NCBI GenBank assembly: GCA_963665125.2
Contig: CAXXUK010000001.1
Location: forward strand, 1,792,001 to 1,856,000
Length of the DNA: 64,000 nt
From: an uncultured Desulfarculus sp.
GTDB lineage: Bacteria > Desulfobacterota > Desulfarculia > Desulfarculales > Desulfarculaceae
Reading direction: 5' to 3'
In this document: positions 29,106-39,050 of the stretch, in pieces
How the letters are laid out: each line of letters starts with the position of its first letter
How positions within the stretch are numbered: position 1 is the first letter of the stretch
The notes under the pieces: generated by a model
Seen by the model: the letters and a program-made list of their open reading frames with translations, nothing else
Database searches by the model: none
What the model was told of the DNA's origin: nothing
Program-made: the position numbers and the translations under genes

Positions 29106-30791
29106 ATGAGTCTGGTTATCAACCACAATATGATGGCTGCCAATTCAGCCAGAAACCTGTCGGCCATTTATGGTCGACTGAGCACCAGCGTGCAGAGGCT
29201 GTCCTCGGGCTTGCGGGTCAACTCGGCCGCCGACGACGCCGCCGGTTTGGCCATTCGCGAACTGATGCGCGCCGACATCGCCGTCATCAACCAGGGTGTG
29301 CGCAACGCCTCCGACGCCATCAGCCTGATCCAAACCGCTGAAGGCGCCATGAGCGTCATCGACGAAAAGCTCATCCGTATGAAGGAATTGGCCGAACAGG
29401 CGGCCACCGGTACGTACACCACGGCCCAGCGCATCATCATCAACTCCGAATATCAGGCAATGGCCGCGGAAATCGACCGTATCGCCAACGCCACCGACTT
29501 CAACGGAGTCAAGGTGCTCGACGGCAGCCTGAGCCAATTGCACGACGGCTCGGGCATGAAGATCCACTTCGGCACGGGCAACGATGCCGCCGAGGACTAC
29601 TACTTCATCACCATCGGCGACATGCGGGCCACCGAGATCACCGGCCTGCAGGTGGGCGGCGGCACCGGCGTCGAGAGCCTGTGGCGCACCACCGGCCTGG
29701 ATATGACCGACGCCGACACCGACACCATGGCCAACGGCGGCACCTTCGGAATCCAGACCAGCACCGACGGCACCACTTGGACCACCTACGGCTTCCTGAC
29801 CGTCGAGACCACCGATACACTGACCACCCTGGCGGCAAAGGTCAGCGGAACCGCGGCCACCAACACCATCGACCTGACCGGCGCCAGCACAACCGCCCTT
29901 GACGGCGAAACACTCGTTGTCGACGGCCACACCTTCACCTTCAGCACGGCCAGCGCCGCGGTCACCGCCAACACCATCGGCGTGGCCGGCCTGTCCCTGG
30001 CATCGGTGGCGGCAAACGTCCAGTACGCCATCAACACCGCCGCCACGGTGGGCAACTCCAACGCCGTGTTCGCCCAGATCGACGCCACGGCCAGCACCCT
30101 GTCGGTGACCCTGACCGACGGCACCATGAACAGCAACACCGCCACCCTGACCTGCTCCTACACCACCATCACCCTGGGCGGAGGCACCTTCACCGGCGGC
30201 GGAGCCAGTACGGACATCACGGCTTCGGCCATTGAGGATCCGGACAACGCGGGCGAATACGAGCTGCAGCTCACCAGCGCAGCCGGCAACTACATCCGCC
30301 TGGTCCAGACCGACGGCACGCCGTTCGCCGCCAACTCCACCACCAACGGCGGCGACCCGACCGCCGGCACCGCCGACACGGCCCTGTCCCTCAACACCGG
30401 CGCGGCGGCATATGTCTCCGACTGGGACGACGGTGACGATGTGGCCGAATGGTTCAGCAGCAACGCCTCGGGCGCCAGCTGGGATGGAGCCAATATCCTC
30501 ACCCAGAGCGCGGCCCAGCTTGCCCTGGCCCAGATCGACGCGGCCATCACCGCCAAGGACACGGCCCGGGCCAATCTCGGCGCCATCCAGAACAGGCTGG
30601 AGAACACCATCACCAACCTGCAGATCCAGGCGGAAAACCTGCAGGCCTCGGAATCGCGCATCAGCGACGTTGACGTGGCCCTGGAGATGACCGAGTTCAC
30701 CCGAAACAACATCATGGCCCAGGCCGCGGTGGCCATGCTGGCCCAGGCCAACAGCCTGCCGCAGTTGGCCCTCCAGCTCCTGGGCGGCTAA
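29106..30791 (+). CDS. fliC: Flagellin copy 1
   Basis: MSLVINHN..RLSSGLRVNSAADDAAGLAI; C-terminal LGAIQNRLE..SRISDVDVA.EM..LAQAN. Confidence 0.98.
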   Translation: MSLVINHNMMAANSARNLSAIYGRLSTSVQRLSSGLRVNSAADDAAGLAIRELMRADIAVINQGVRNASDAISLIQTAEGAMSVIDEKLIRMKELAEQAATGTYTTAQRIIINSEYQAMAAEIDRIANATDFNGVKVLDGSLSQLHDGSGMKIHFGTGNDAAEDYYFITIGDMRATEITGLQVGGGTGVESLWRTTGLDMTDADTDTMANGGTFGIQTSTDGTTWTTYGFLTVETTDTLTTLAAKVSGTAATNTIDLTGASTTALDGETLVVDGHTFTFSTASAAVTANTIGVAGLSLASVAANVQYAINTAATVGNSNAVFAQIDATASTLSVTLTDGTMNSNTATLTCSYTTITLGGGTFTGGGASTDITASAIEDPDNAGEYELQLTSAAGNYIRLVQTDGTPFAANSTTNGGDPTAGTADTALSLNTGAAAYVSDWDDGDDVAEWFSSNASGASWDGANILTQSAAQLALAQIDAAITAKDTARANLGAIQNRLENTITNLQIQAENLQASESRISDVDVALEMTEFTRNNIMAQAAVAMLAQANSLPQLALQLLGG

Positions 30792-30815
30792 CCAGTATAA
30801 CTTAAACATAAAATC

Positions 30816-30849
30816 GCGCTCCCCCTCCGGGCATCCGGAGGGGGAGCGC
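30816..30849 (+). terminator. Terminator after flagellin 1
   Basis: 15-bp perfect stem GCGCTCCCCCTCCGG-GCAT-CCGGAGGGGGAGCGC. Confidence 0.8.
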
Positions 30850-30890
30850 CTATTTCGTCAATATTTTCAAATTGAAATGAATTTTGCCAT

Positions 30891-30918
30891 TCAAGATTTG
30901 GCCGATACCTACCGATAA
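30891..30918 (+). promoter_or_regulatory. sigma28 promoter of flagellin 2
   Basis: TCAAG-N15-ACCGATAA. Confidence 0.8.
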
Positions 30919-31085
30919 GAAAGGCAACTAGGGAATATCTGCGGCTTTGGTTCGATGATCCGAGCCAAAGAACAAAGCCGGAAAGGCATGGGGACCGCCC
31001 AACCGGCACTGCAAAAGGGAGCCCGGCAAGCTAGGCGCCTGATACGGATATCAGGCCAAGCCTAGGTCCATGGAGGGGGTTTCAA

Positions 31086-32783
31086 GTGTCTCTATACATC
31101 AACCACAATATGATGGCCGCCAACGCGGCGCGCAACCTATCGAACATCTACAGCAACCTGTCCACATCGGTGCAGCGTCTGTCTTCGGGCCTGCGGATCA
31201 ACTCCGCCGCCGACGACGCCGCCGGTCTGGCTGTTCGCGAATTGATGCGCGCCGACATCGCCGTTCTCAACCAGGGCGTTCGCAACGCCTCCGACGCCAT
31301 CAGCATGATCCAAACCGCCGAGGGCGCCATGAGCGTCATCGACGAAAAGCTCATCCGCATGAAGGAGCTGGCCGAACAGGCGGCCACGGGCACCTACACC
31401 ACGGCCCAGCGCCTGATCATGGACTCCGAGTATCAGGCAATGGCCGCGGAAATCGACCGTATCGCCAACGCCACCGACTTCAACGGCATCAAGCTGCTGG
31501 ACGGCTCCCTGGCCAGCCAACATGACGGCAGCGGCCTGAAGGTTCACTTCGGCACGGGCAACGAATCTGCCGAGGATTACTACTTCGTATCCATCGGAGA
31601 CATGCGGGCCACCGAGATCACCGGCCTGCAGGTGGGCGGCGGCGTTGGTGTCCAGAGCCTGTGGCGCACCACCGGCCTGGACCTTGGCGACACCGACACC
31701 GAGACCACCGGCGCCGCGGGTCCCTTCGGCATCCAGACCAGCACCGACGGCACCACCTGGACCACCTACGGCTACGTCCATGTCGCATTAACCGACACCC
31801 TTGACGACATCGTGGCCAAGGTCAACAACGGCTCGACCGGCAGGGGCAACGCCGGCACCAACAGCATCGACCTGACCGGGGCCACCACCAGCGCCCTCGA
31901 CGGCACAACACTCGTTGTTGACGGACACACCTTCACCTTCACCACGGCCAACGCGTTGACGACAGCCAACACCATCGGCGTGGCCGGTTTATCCATGGCC
32001 TCGGTGGCGGCCAACGTCCAGTACTCAGTCAACATGGCCGCCGAGTATGACGACAACGGCGTATACGCCACAATTGACGCAACGGCCAGCACGCTGACCG
32101 TCAACCTGATCGATGTCGACTTGGGCGACAACAGCGCCACCCTGACCTGCTCCTACAGCACCATCACCCTGGGCGGGGCCACCTTCAGCGGCGGCGGGGT
32201 CAACACCGACATCATTGCTTCGGCAGTGCAAGACTCTGACGGCTCGGGCTATGAGTTGCAACTGGCAGACTCCAGCGGCGGCTATATGCGGATAGTGCTG
32301 TCCGACGGCAGAGCGTTAACGGCCAACGCCACCACCATCGGTGGTACGCCCACCGCCGGCACCGCCGACCCCGCTTTGGCATTGTACGATGGCGCAGGCT
32401 CGACCATCAATATCTGGCAAAAAGGTGGTGAATTTATCACCGACTGGTTCAGCTCCAATGCCTCGGGCGCGAGTTGGGATGGAGCCAACATCCAAACCCA
32501 GAGCGGAGCCCAGCTTGCCCTGGCCCAGATCGACGCGGCCATCAACACCAAGGACACGGCCAGGGCCAGCCTCGGCGCCTTGCAAAACAGGCTGGAGAAC
32601 ACCATCACCAACCTGCAGATCCAGGCGGAAAACCTGCAGGCCTCCGAGTCGCGCATCAGCGACGTTGACGTGGCCCTGGAGATGACCGAGTTCACACGCA
32701 ACAACATCATGACCCAGGCTGCGGTGTCCATGCTGGCCCAGGCCAACAGCCTGCCGCAATTGGCCTTGCAGCTATTGGGATAG
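31086..32783 (+). CDS. fliC: Flagellin copy 2 (GTG start)
   Basis: Conserved flagellin N- and C-termini; divergent central domain. Confidence 0.98.
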   Translation: MSLYINHNMMAANAARNLSNIYSNLSTSVQRLSSGLRINSAADDAAGLAVRELMRADIAVLNQGVRNASDAISMIQTAEGAMSVIDEKLIRMKELAEQAATGTYTTAQRLIMDSEYQAMAAEIDRIANATDFNGIKLLDGSLASQHDGSGLKVHFGTGNESAEDYYFVSIGDMRATEITGLQVGGGVGVQSLWRTTGLDLGDTDTETTGAAGPFGIQTSTDGTTWTTYGYVHVALTDTLDDIVAKVNNGSTGRGNAGTNSIDLTGATTSALDGTTLVVDGHTFTFTTANALTTANTIGVAGLSMASVAANVQYSVNMAAEYDDNGVYATIDATASTLTVNLIDVDLGDNSATLTCSYSTITLGGATFSGGGVNTDIIASAVQDSDGSGYELQLADSSGGYMRIVLSDGRALTANATTIGGTPTAGTADPALALYDGAGSTINIWQKGGEFITDWFSSNASGASWDGANIQTQSGAQLALAQIDAAINTKDTARASLGALQNRLENTITNLQIQAENLQASESRISDVDVALEMTEFTRNNIMTQAAVSMLAQANSLPQLALQLLG

Positions 32784-32811
32784 CAGACAACCTGATTGAA
32801 CGGGACCATTG

Positions 32812-32851
32812 CGCTCCCCCTCTGAATGACCGGAGGGGGAGCGTTTTATTT
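32812..32851 (+). terminator. Terminator after flagellin 2
   Basis: CGCTCCCCCTCTG..CGGAGGGGGAGCG followed by TTTTATTT. Confidence 0.85.
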
Positions 32852-32886
32852 TGACAGTATTTCCGCATGGAAATGCACAAGCCGTT

Positions 32887-32914
32887 TAAAGATTCCGCCC
32901 ATTCCTGCCGATAA
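32887..32914 (+). promoter_or_regulatory. sigma28 promoter of flagellin 3
   Basis: TAAAG-N15-GCCGATAA. Confidence 0.9.
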
Positions 32915-33079
32915 GAACAATAACTAGGGAATATCTGCGCCTTTGGTTTGATGATCCGAGCCAAAGGACAAAGCCGGAAAGGCACGGGGACCGCCCGACC
33001 GGCGCTGCAAAGGGAGTCCGGCACACTAGGCGCCTGATACGGATATCAGGCCAGGCCTAGGACCATGGAGGGGCTGATA

Positions 33080-34762
33080 ATGTCTTTGTATATTAACCAC
33101 AATATGATGGCCGCAAACGCGGCGCGCAACCTGTCAAACATCTACAGCAATCTTTCCACATCGGTGCAGCGTCTGTCTTCGGGCCTGCGGATCAACTCCG
33201 CCGCCGACGACGCCGCCGGTCTGGCCGTTCGCGAATTGATGAGGGCCGACATCGCCGTCATCAACCAGGGTGTGCGCAACGCCTCCGACGCCATCAGCAT
33301 GATCCAAACCGCTGAGGGCGCCATGAGCGTCATCGACGAAAAGCTCATCCGTATGAAGGAACTGGCCGAACAGGCGGCCACGGGCACCTACACCACGGCC
33401 CAGCGCCTGATCATGGACTCCGAGTATCAGGCAATGGCCGCGGAAATCGACCGTATCGCCAACGCCACCGACTTCAACGGCATCAAGCTCTTGGACGGCA
33501 CCCTGGCCACCCAGCACGACGGCAGCGGCCTGAAGGTCCACTTCGGCACGGGCAACGAATCCGCCGAGGACTACTACTTTGTCACCATCGGCGACATGAA
33601 GGCCACGTCCATCACCGGCCTGCAGGTGGGCGGCGGCTCGGGCGTCGAGAGCCTGTGGCGCACCACATATCTGGACCTGACCGACACCGACACCGACATC
33701 GTACCCACCAGCGGCACCTTCGGCATCCAGACCAGCACCGATGGCACCACCTGGACCACCTATGGCTACGTGAGCGTGGAGTCCACCGACACCCTGACCA
33801 CCCTGGCGGCAAAGGTCAGCGGCACTGCGGCCACCAACACCATCGACCTAACCGGCGCCAGCACAACCGCTCTTGACGGCGAAACACTCGTCGTCGACGG
33901 CCACACCTTCACCTTCAGTACGGCCAGCGCCGCGGTCACCGCCAACACCATCGGCGTGGCCGGCCTGTCCCTGGCATCGGTGGCGGCAAACGTCCAGTAC
34001 GCCATCAACACCGCCGCCACCTTGGGCAACGCCGACGCCGTGTTCGCCCAGATAGACGCCACGGCCAGCACCCTGTCGGTGACCCTGACCGACGGCACCA
34101 TGAACACCAACACCGCCACCCTGACCTGCTCCTACACCACCATCACCCTGGGCGGAGCCACCTTCAGCGGCGGCGGAGCCAGTACGGACATCACGGCCGA
34201 GGGCGTTGAGGACCCGAACGACGCGGGCTCTTACGAGTTACAGCTCACCAGCGCAGCCGGCAACTATGTCCGCCTGATCCAGACCAACGGCACGCCGTTC
34301 GCCGCCAACTCCACCACCAACGGCGGCGACCCGACCTCCGGCACCGCCGACACGGCACTGGCCCTCAACACCGGCGCGGCGGCATACGTGAACGACTGGC
34401 CCAGTGGCGATGAAGTGGAAGAATGGTTCACCAGCAACGCCTCGGGCGCCAGCTGGGATGGAGCCAATATCCAAACCCAGAGCGCGGCCCAGCTTGCCCT
34501 GGCCCAGATCGACGCGGCCATCAACACCAAGGACACGGCCCGGGCCAGCCTCGGCGCCTTGCAGAACAGGCTGGAGAACACCATCACCAACCTGCAGATC
34601 CAGGCGGAAAACCTGCAGGCCTCCGAGTCGCGCATCAGCGACGTTGACGTGGCCCTGGAGATGACCGAGTTCACCAGAAACAACATCATGACCCAGGCCG
34701 CGGTGTCCATGCTGGCCCAGGCCAACAGCCTGCCGCAATTGGCCTTGCAGCTATTGGGATAG
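33080..34762 (+). CDS. fliC: Flagellin copy 3
   Basis: Conserved flagellin termini; ATG at 33080 after GGAGG. Confidence 0.98.
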   Translation: MSLYINHNMMAANAARNLSNIYSNLSTSVQRLSSGLRINSAADDAAGLAVRELMRADIAVINQGVRNASDAISMIQTAEGAMSVIDEKLIRMKELAEQAATGTYTTAQRLIMDSEYQAMAAEIDRIANATDFNGIKLLDGTLATQHDGSGLKVHFGTGNESAEDYYFVTIGDMKATSITGLQVGGGSGVESLWRTTYLDLTDTDTDIVPTSGTFGIQTSTDGTTWTTYGYVSVESTDTLTTLAAKVSGTAATNTIDLTGASTTALDGETLVVDGHTFTFSTASAAVTANTIGVAGLSLASVAANVQYAINTAATLGNADAVFAQIDATASTLSVTLTDGTMNTNTATLTCSYTTITLGGATFSGGGASTDITAEGVEDPNDAGSYELQLTSAAGNYVRLIQTNGTPFAANSTTNGGDPTSGTADTALALNTGAAAYVNDWPSGDEVEEWFTSNASGASWDGANIQTQSAAQLALAQIDAAINTKDTARASLGALQNRLENTITNLQIQAENLQASESRISDVDVALEMTEFTRNNIMTQAAVSMLAQANSLPQLALQLLG

Positions 34763-34790
34763 CAGACAGCCTGATTTAACGAGACCATTG

Positions 34791-34830
34791 CGCTCCCCCT
34801 CTGAATGACCGGAGGGGGAGCGTTTTATTT
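34791..34830 (+). terminator. Terminator after flagellin 3
   Basis: Same hairpin as after copy 2, with a T-tract. Confidence 0.85.
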
Positions 34831-34865
34831 CGTCAGGGTTTCCGCCAGGAACCGCGCCAGAGCAT

Positions 34866-34893
34866 TCAAGATTCCGCCCATACGTGCCGATAA
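34866..34893 (+). promoter_or_regulatory. sigma28 promoter of flagellin 4
   Basis: TCAAG-N15-GCCGATAA. Confidence 0.9.
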
Positions 34894-35058
34894 GAATCAT
34901 AACTAGGGAATATCCAGGGTTTTGGTTCGGTGATTTGAACCAAAGGCCCCAGTCGGAAAGGCACGGGGACCGCCCGACCGGCGCGGCAAAGGGAGTCCGG
35001 CACACTAGGCGCCTGATACGGATATCAGGCCAGGCCTAGGTCCATGGAGGGGCTGCAA

Positions 35059-36762
35059 GTGTCTCTATACATCAATCACAATATGATGGCCGCCAACGCG
35101 GCGCGCAATCTATCAAACATCTACAGCAACCTGTCCACATCGGTGCAGCGTTTGTCCTCGGGCCTGCGGATCAACTCCGCCGCCGACGACGCCGCCGGTC
35201 TGGCCGTTCGCGAATTGATGAGGGCCGACATCGCCGTCATCAACCAGGGCGTTCGCAACGCCTCCGACGCCATCAGCATGATCCAAACCGCCGAGGGCGC
35301 CATGAGCGTCATCGACGAAAAGCTCATCCGTATGAAGGAGCTGGCCGAGCAGGCGGCCACGGGCACCTACACCACGGCCCAGCGCCTGATCATGGACTCC
35401 GAGTATCAGGCAATGGCCGCGGAAATCGACCGTATCGCCAACGCCACCGACTTCAACGGCATCAAGCTCTTGGACGGAACCCTGGCCACCCAGCACGACG
35501 GCAGCGGCCTGAAGGTCCACTTCGGCACGGGTAACGAATCGGCCGAAGACTACTACTTCGTATCAATCGGCGACATGAAGGCCACCAGCGTCACCGGCCT
35601 GCAGGTGGGCGACGGCGGCGGTACCATGTCAACCGCCGGCGGATTTTTCCGGACCACCGGCCTGAACCTGACCGACACCGACACCGACACCATCGGCACC
35701 TCCGGCACCTTCGGCATCCAGGCCAGCTCAGACGGGACCAATTGGTCCTGTTACGGCTATCTGAAGATCGAGGCCAGCGACACTCTGGATGACCTGCTGG
35801 CCAAAATCAACGGGCTGGGCAATGCCGGCAACAGCGGATTTACAATAGATAATACGGCCACTTCGGCCAACCTTGCCGGCGACAACATCCGCATCGCCAA
35901 CCACGTATTCACCTTCAGCACCGCCATCTCCGGGGCCACGGCCAACACCATCGGCATGGCCGGCCTTTCCCTTGCCTCTATCGCGGCCAACACCCAGTAC
36001 GCAATAAACACCTGGGCCACGGTGGGCAACGCCAACGGAGTTTATGCCCTTGACCAGGGGACAGGCCACACGTTCGTTCTTTATGACAGCAATTTTGGGG
36101 CTGGCGCCACCACAGTTGGCACGTCCGACGCATTCCATATCATCGTTGCCCCCTCTACCATAATTGGTGGCGGCGTATTTGATGCCGTCTCGGCTTCGGC
36201 AGTGGAAGATCCGGACAACGCGGGCGAATATGAACTGCAATTGGAAGGCACCGATGGCTATCTTTTGCGTCTGACCCTTCCCGACGGTTCTCTCTTTACC
36301 GCAAACAGCTCCACGGACGGCGGCGCGCCCACGCTCGGCGCATCGCAAGCATCGTTTTCTATCAACACCGGCGCGGCGTCGTATGTAACCACTTGGAGCG
36401 ATGCCAACGAAGCCAGCGAGTGGTTCAGCAGCAACACCATACCCGGCAGTGCCTGGGACGGGGCCGACATCCAAACCCAGAGCGCGGCCCAGCTCGCCCT
36501 GGCCCAGATCGACGCGGCCATAAACCGCAAGGACACGGCCCGGGCCAGCCTCGGCGCCTTGCAGAACAGGCTAGAGAACACCATCACCAACCTGCAGATC
36601 CAGGCGGAAAACCTGCAGGCCTCCGAGTCGCGCATCAGCGACGTTGACGTGGCCCTGGAGATGACCGAGTTCACCCGGAACAACATCATGACCCAGGCCG
36701 CGGTGTCCATGCTGGCCCAGGCCAACAGCCTGCCCCAGCTGGCCTTGCAGCTACTGGGTTAA
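35059..36762 (+). CDS. fliC: Flagellin copy 4 (GTG start, most divergent central domain)
   Basis: Conserved termini; central region differs strongly from the other copies. Confidence 0.98.
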   Translation: MSLYINHNMMAANAARNLSNIYSNLSTSVQRLSSGLRINSAADDAAGLAVRELMRADIAVINQGVRNASDAISMIQTAEGAMSVIDEKLIRMKELAEQAATGTYTTAQRLIMDSEYQAMAAEIDRIANATDFNGIKLLDGTLATQHDGSGLKVHFGTGNESAEDYYFVSIGDMKATSVTGLQVGDGGGTMSTAGGFFRTTGLNLTDTDTDTIGTSGTFGIQASSDGTNWSCYGYLKIEASDTLDDLLAKINGLGNAGNSGFTIDNTATSANLAGDNIRIANHVFTFSTAISGATANTIGMAGLSLASIAANTQYAINTWATVGNANGVYALDQGTGHTFVLYDSNFGAGATTVGTSDAFHIIVAPSTIIGGGVFDAVSASAVEDPDNAGEYELQLEGTDGYLLRLTLPDGSLFTANSSTDGGAPTLGASQASFSINTGAASYVTTWSDANEASEWFSSNTIPGSAWDGADIQTQSAAQLALAQIDAAINRKDTARASLGALQNRLENTITNLQIQAENLQASESRISDVDVALEMTEFTRNNIMTQAAVSMLAQANSLPQLALQLLG

Positions 36763-36793
36763 CAGCACTTAAAGAACTTGGCCCAGCCATCGT

Positions 36794-36831
36794 AGCGCTC
36801 CCTATTCGGACCGCCGAACAGGGAGTGTTTT
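36794..36831 (+). terminator. Terminator after flagellin 4
   Basis: AGCGCTCCCTATTCGG-ACCG-CCGAACAGGGAGTGTT imperfect stem with a short T-run. Confidence 0.65.
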
Positions 36832-36868
36832 AGGTAGGTTGCCTAATCAAAAAAAACAAAAAAAAGAC

Positions 36869-36896
36869 TCAAGTTCAACCCAAACAATGCCGAAAA
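36869..36896 (+). promoter_or_regulatory. sigma28 promoter of flagellin 5
   Basis: TCAAG-N15-GCCGAAAA, preceded by an A8-C-A8 tract. Confidence 0.8.
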
Positions 36897-37072
36897 GAAT
36901 TATGAGAGCCAAAGAAGGCGACGGCCTTCAAAGGTCCATGGGGATGGACCGGGCGATCACTAAGAATTGGCACGGGGACCCGCCAAAAACAAGAAACTAG
37001 GGAGTTCAAAAAACCTTTGCCGCATCGATATGGACATCGGCCGCGGCGCAAAAGTCCAAGGAGGGGACCAAT

Positions 37073-38755
37073 ATGTCTTTGTACATTAACCACAACATGA
37101 TGGCCGCAAACGCGGCGCGCAACCTGTCAAACATCTACAGCAACCTTTCCACATCGGTGCAGCGTCTTTCTTCGGGCCTGCGGATCAACTCCGCCGCCGA
37201 CGACGCCGCCGGTCTGGCCGTTCGCGAGTTGATGAGGGCCGACATCGCCGTCATCAACCAGGGCGTTCGCAACGCCTCCGACGCCATCAGCATGATCCAA
37301 ACCGCTGAGGGCGCCATGAGCGTTATCGACGAAAAGCTCATCCGTATGAAGGAACTGGCCGAACAGGCGGCCACGGGTACCTACACCACGGCCCAGCGTC
37401 TGATCATGGACTCCGAGTATCAGGCAATGGCCGCGGAAATCGACCGTATCGCCAACGCCACCGACTTCAACGGCATCAAGCTGCTGGACGGCTCCCTGGC
37501 CACTCTGCACGACGGCACCGGCCTTAAGGTCCACTTCGGCACGGGCAACGAGGCCGCCGAGGACTACTACTTCGTGTCCATCGGCGACATGAAGGCCACG
37601 TCCATCACCGGCCTGCAGGTGGGCGGCGGCTCGGGCATCGAAAGTCTGTGGCGCACCACCGGTCTGGATATGACCGACGCCGACACCGACACCATGGCCA
37701 ACGCCGGCACCTTCGGAATCCAGACCAGCACCGACGGCACCACCTGGACCACCTACGGCTTCCTGACCGTCGAGACCACCGATACACTGACCACCCTGGC
37801 GGCAAAGGTCAGCGGAACCGCGGCCACCAACACCATCGACCTGACCGGCGCCAGCACAACCGCCCTTGACGGCGAAACACTCGTTGTCGACGGCCACACC
37901 TTCACCTTCAGCACGGCCAGCGCCGCGGTCACCGCCAACACCATCGGCGTGGCCGGCCTGTCCCTGGCATCGGTGGCGGCAAACGTCCAGTACGCCATCA
38001 ACACCGCCGCCACGGTGGGCAACTCCAACGCCGTGTTCGCCCAGATCGACGCCACGGCCAGCACCCTGTCGGTGACCCTGACCGACGGCACCATGAACAG
38101 CAACACCGCCACCCTGACCTGCTCCTACACCACCATCACCCTGGGCGGAGCCACCTTCAGCGGCGGCGGAGCCAGTACGGACATCACCGCTTCGGCCATT
38201 GAGGATCCGGACAACGCGGGCGAATACGAGTTGCAGCTCAGCAGCGCAGCCGGCAATTATGTCCGCCTGGTCCAGACCGACGGCACACCGTTCGCCGCCA
38301 ACTCCACCACCAACGGTGGAGCACCGACCGCCGGCACCGCCGACACGGCCCTGGCCCTCAACACCGCCGCGGCCACACACGTCTCCGACTGGAACGATGG
38401 TGACGATGTGGCCGAATGGTTCAGCAGCAACTCCTCGGGCGCCAGCTGGGATGGAGCCAATATCCAGACCCAGAGCGCGGCCCAGCTTGCCCTGGCCCAG
38501 ATCGACGCGGCCATCAACACCAAGGACACGGCCCGGGCCAGCCTCGGCGCCTTGCAGAACAGGCTGGAGAACACCATCACCAACCTGCAGATCCAGGCGG
38601 AAAACCTCCAGGCCTCCGAGTCGCGCATCAGCGACGTTGACGTGGCCCTGGAGATGACCGAGTTCACCAGAAACAACATCATGACCCAGGCCGCGGTGTC
38701 CATGCTGGCCCAGGCCAACAGCCTGCCCCAGCTGGCTCTCCAGCTCTTGGGATAG
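37073..38755 (+). CDS. fliC: Flagellin copy 5
   Basis: Conserved flagellin termini; AAGGAGG ribosome site. Confidence 0.98.
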   Translation: MSLYINHNMMAANAARNLSNIYSNLSTSVQRLSSGLRINSAADDAAGLAVRELMRADIAVINQGVRNASDAISMIQTAEGAMSVIDEKLIRMKELAEQAATGTYTTAQRLIMDSEYQAMAAEIDRIANATDFNGIKLLDGSLATLHDGTGLKVHFGTGNEAAEDYYFVSIGDMKATSITGLQVGGGSGIESLWRTTGLDMTDADTDTMANAGTFGIQTSTDGTTWTTYGFLTVETTDTLTTLAAKVSGTAATNTIDLTGASTTALDGETLVVDGHTFTFSTASAAVTANTIGVAGLSLASVAANVQYAINTAATVGNSNAVFAQIDATASTLSVTLTDGTMNSNTATLTCSYTTITLGGATFSGGGASTDITASAIEDPDNAGEYELQLSSAAGNYVRLVQTDGTPFAANSTTNGGAPTAGTADTALALNTAAATHVSDWNDGDDVAEWFSSNSSGASWDGANIQTQSAAQLALAQIDAAINTKDTARASLGALQNRLENTITNLQIQAENLQASESRISDVDVALEMTEFTRNNIMTQAAVSMLAQANSLPQLALQLLG

Positions 38756-38786
38756 TGATGTAGCCATCAACTGATACCCAATCACG

Positions 38787-38816
38787 GGTCCCGGCTTCGG
38801 CCGGGACCTTTTTTTT
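38787..38816 (+). terminator. Terminator after flagellin 5
   Basis: GGTCCCGGC-TTCG-GCCGGGACC followed by T8. Confidence 0.93.
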
Positions 38817-38868
38817 GCCGTTTTTCAGGCCGTCGCATCGAAAAAAGTAAAAATCCACCCCCCGAAAT

Positions 38869-38896
38869 TAAAGATTTATCCAATTCCTTCCGATGA
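38869..38896 (+). promoter_or_regulatory. sigma28 promoter of flagellin 6
   Basis: TAAAG-N15-TCCGATGA. Confidence 0.78.
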
Positions 38897-39050
38897 GTTA
38901 ATTGGGTGAATAGAAGGTGACGACCTTCTTAAGAATTAGGGCAGAGGCGCCGCCCACTTGGACACCAGGCTCAGAAGCAAGGGGAGTCAACATTAACCGC
39001 CGGGAATGGATTTCCATGGCGGTTGGCACCTAGCCAAGGAGGGGACTTAA

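Larger units (their letters stand above)
30816..35058 (+). repeat. Three homologous intergenic units (terminator + sigma28 promoter + leader) at about 30816-31085, 32784-33079 and 34763-35058
   Basis: Shared CGCTCCCCCTC..GGAGGGGGAGCG terminator, AACTAGGGAATATC, GGAAAGGCAYGGGGACCGCCC and CTAGGCGCCTGATACGGATATCAGGCCA blocks. Confidence 0.9.

Noticed and set aside
30950..31030. Possible c-di-GMP-I (GEMM) riboswitch in flagellin leaders (GGAAAGG..GGGAC)
   Set aside because: The GCAAA..GAAA P2 and GGGRCGCAAAGC P3 pattern is not properly present; the GGA-loop hairpin reading fits better. An Infernal search would settle it.
33065..35058. Upstream in-frame ATGs extending flagellins 3 and 4 (MEGL..)
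   Set aside because: The ATG is part of the ATGGAGG ribosome site and is out of frame in copy 2; true starts align with (M/V)SLYINHN.
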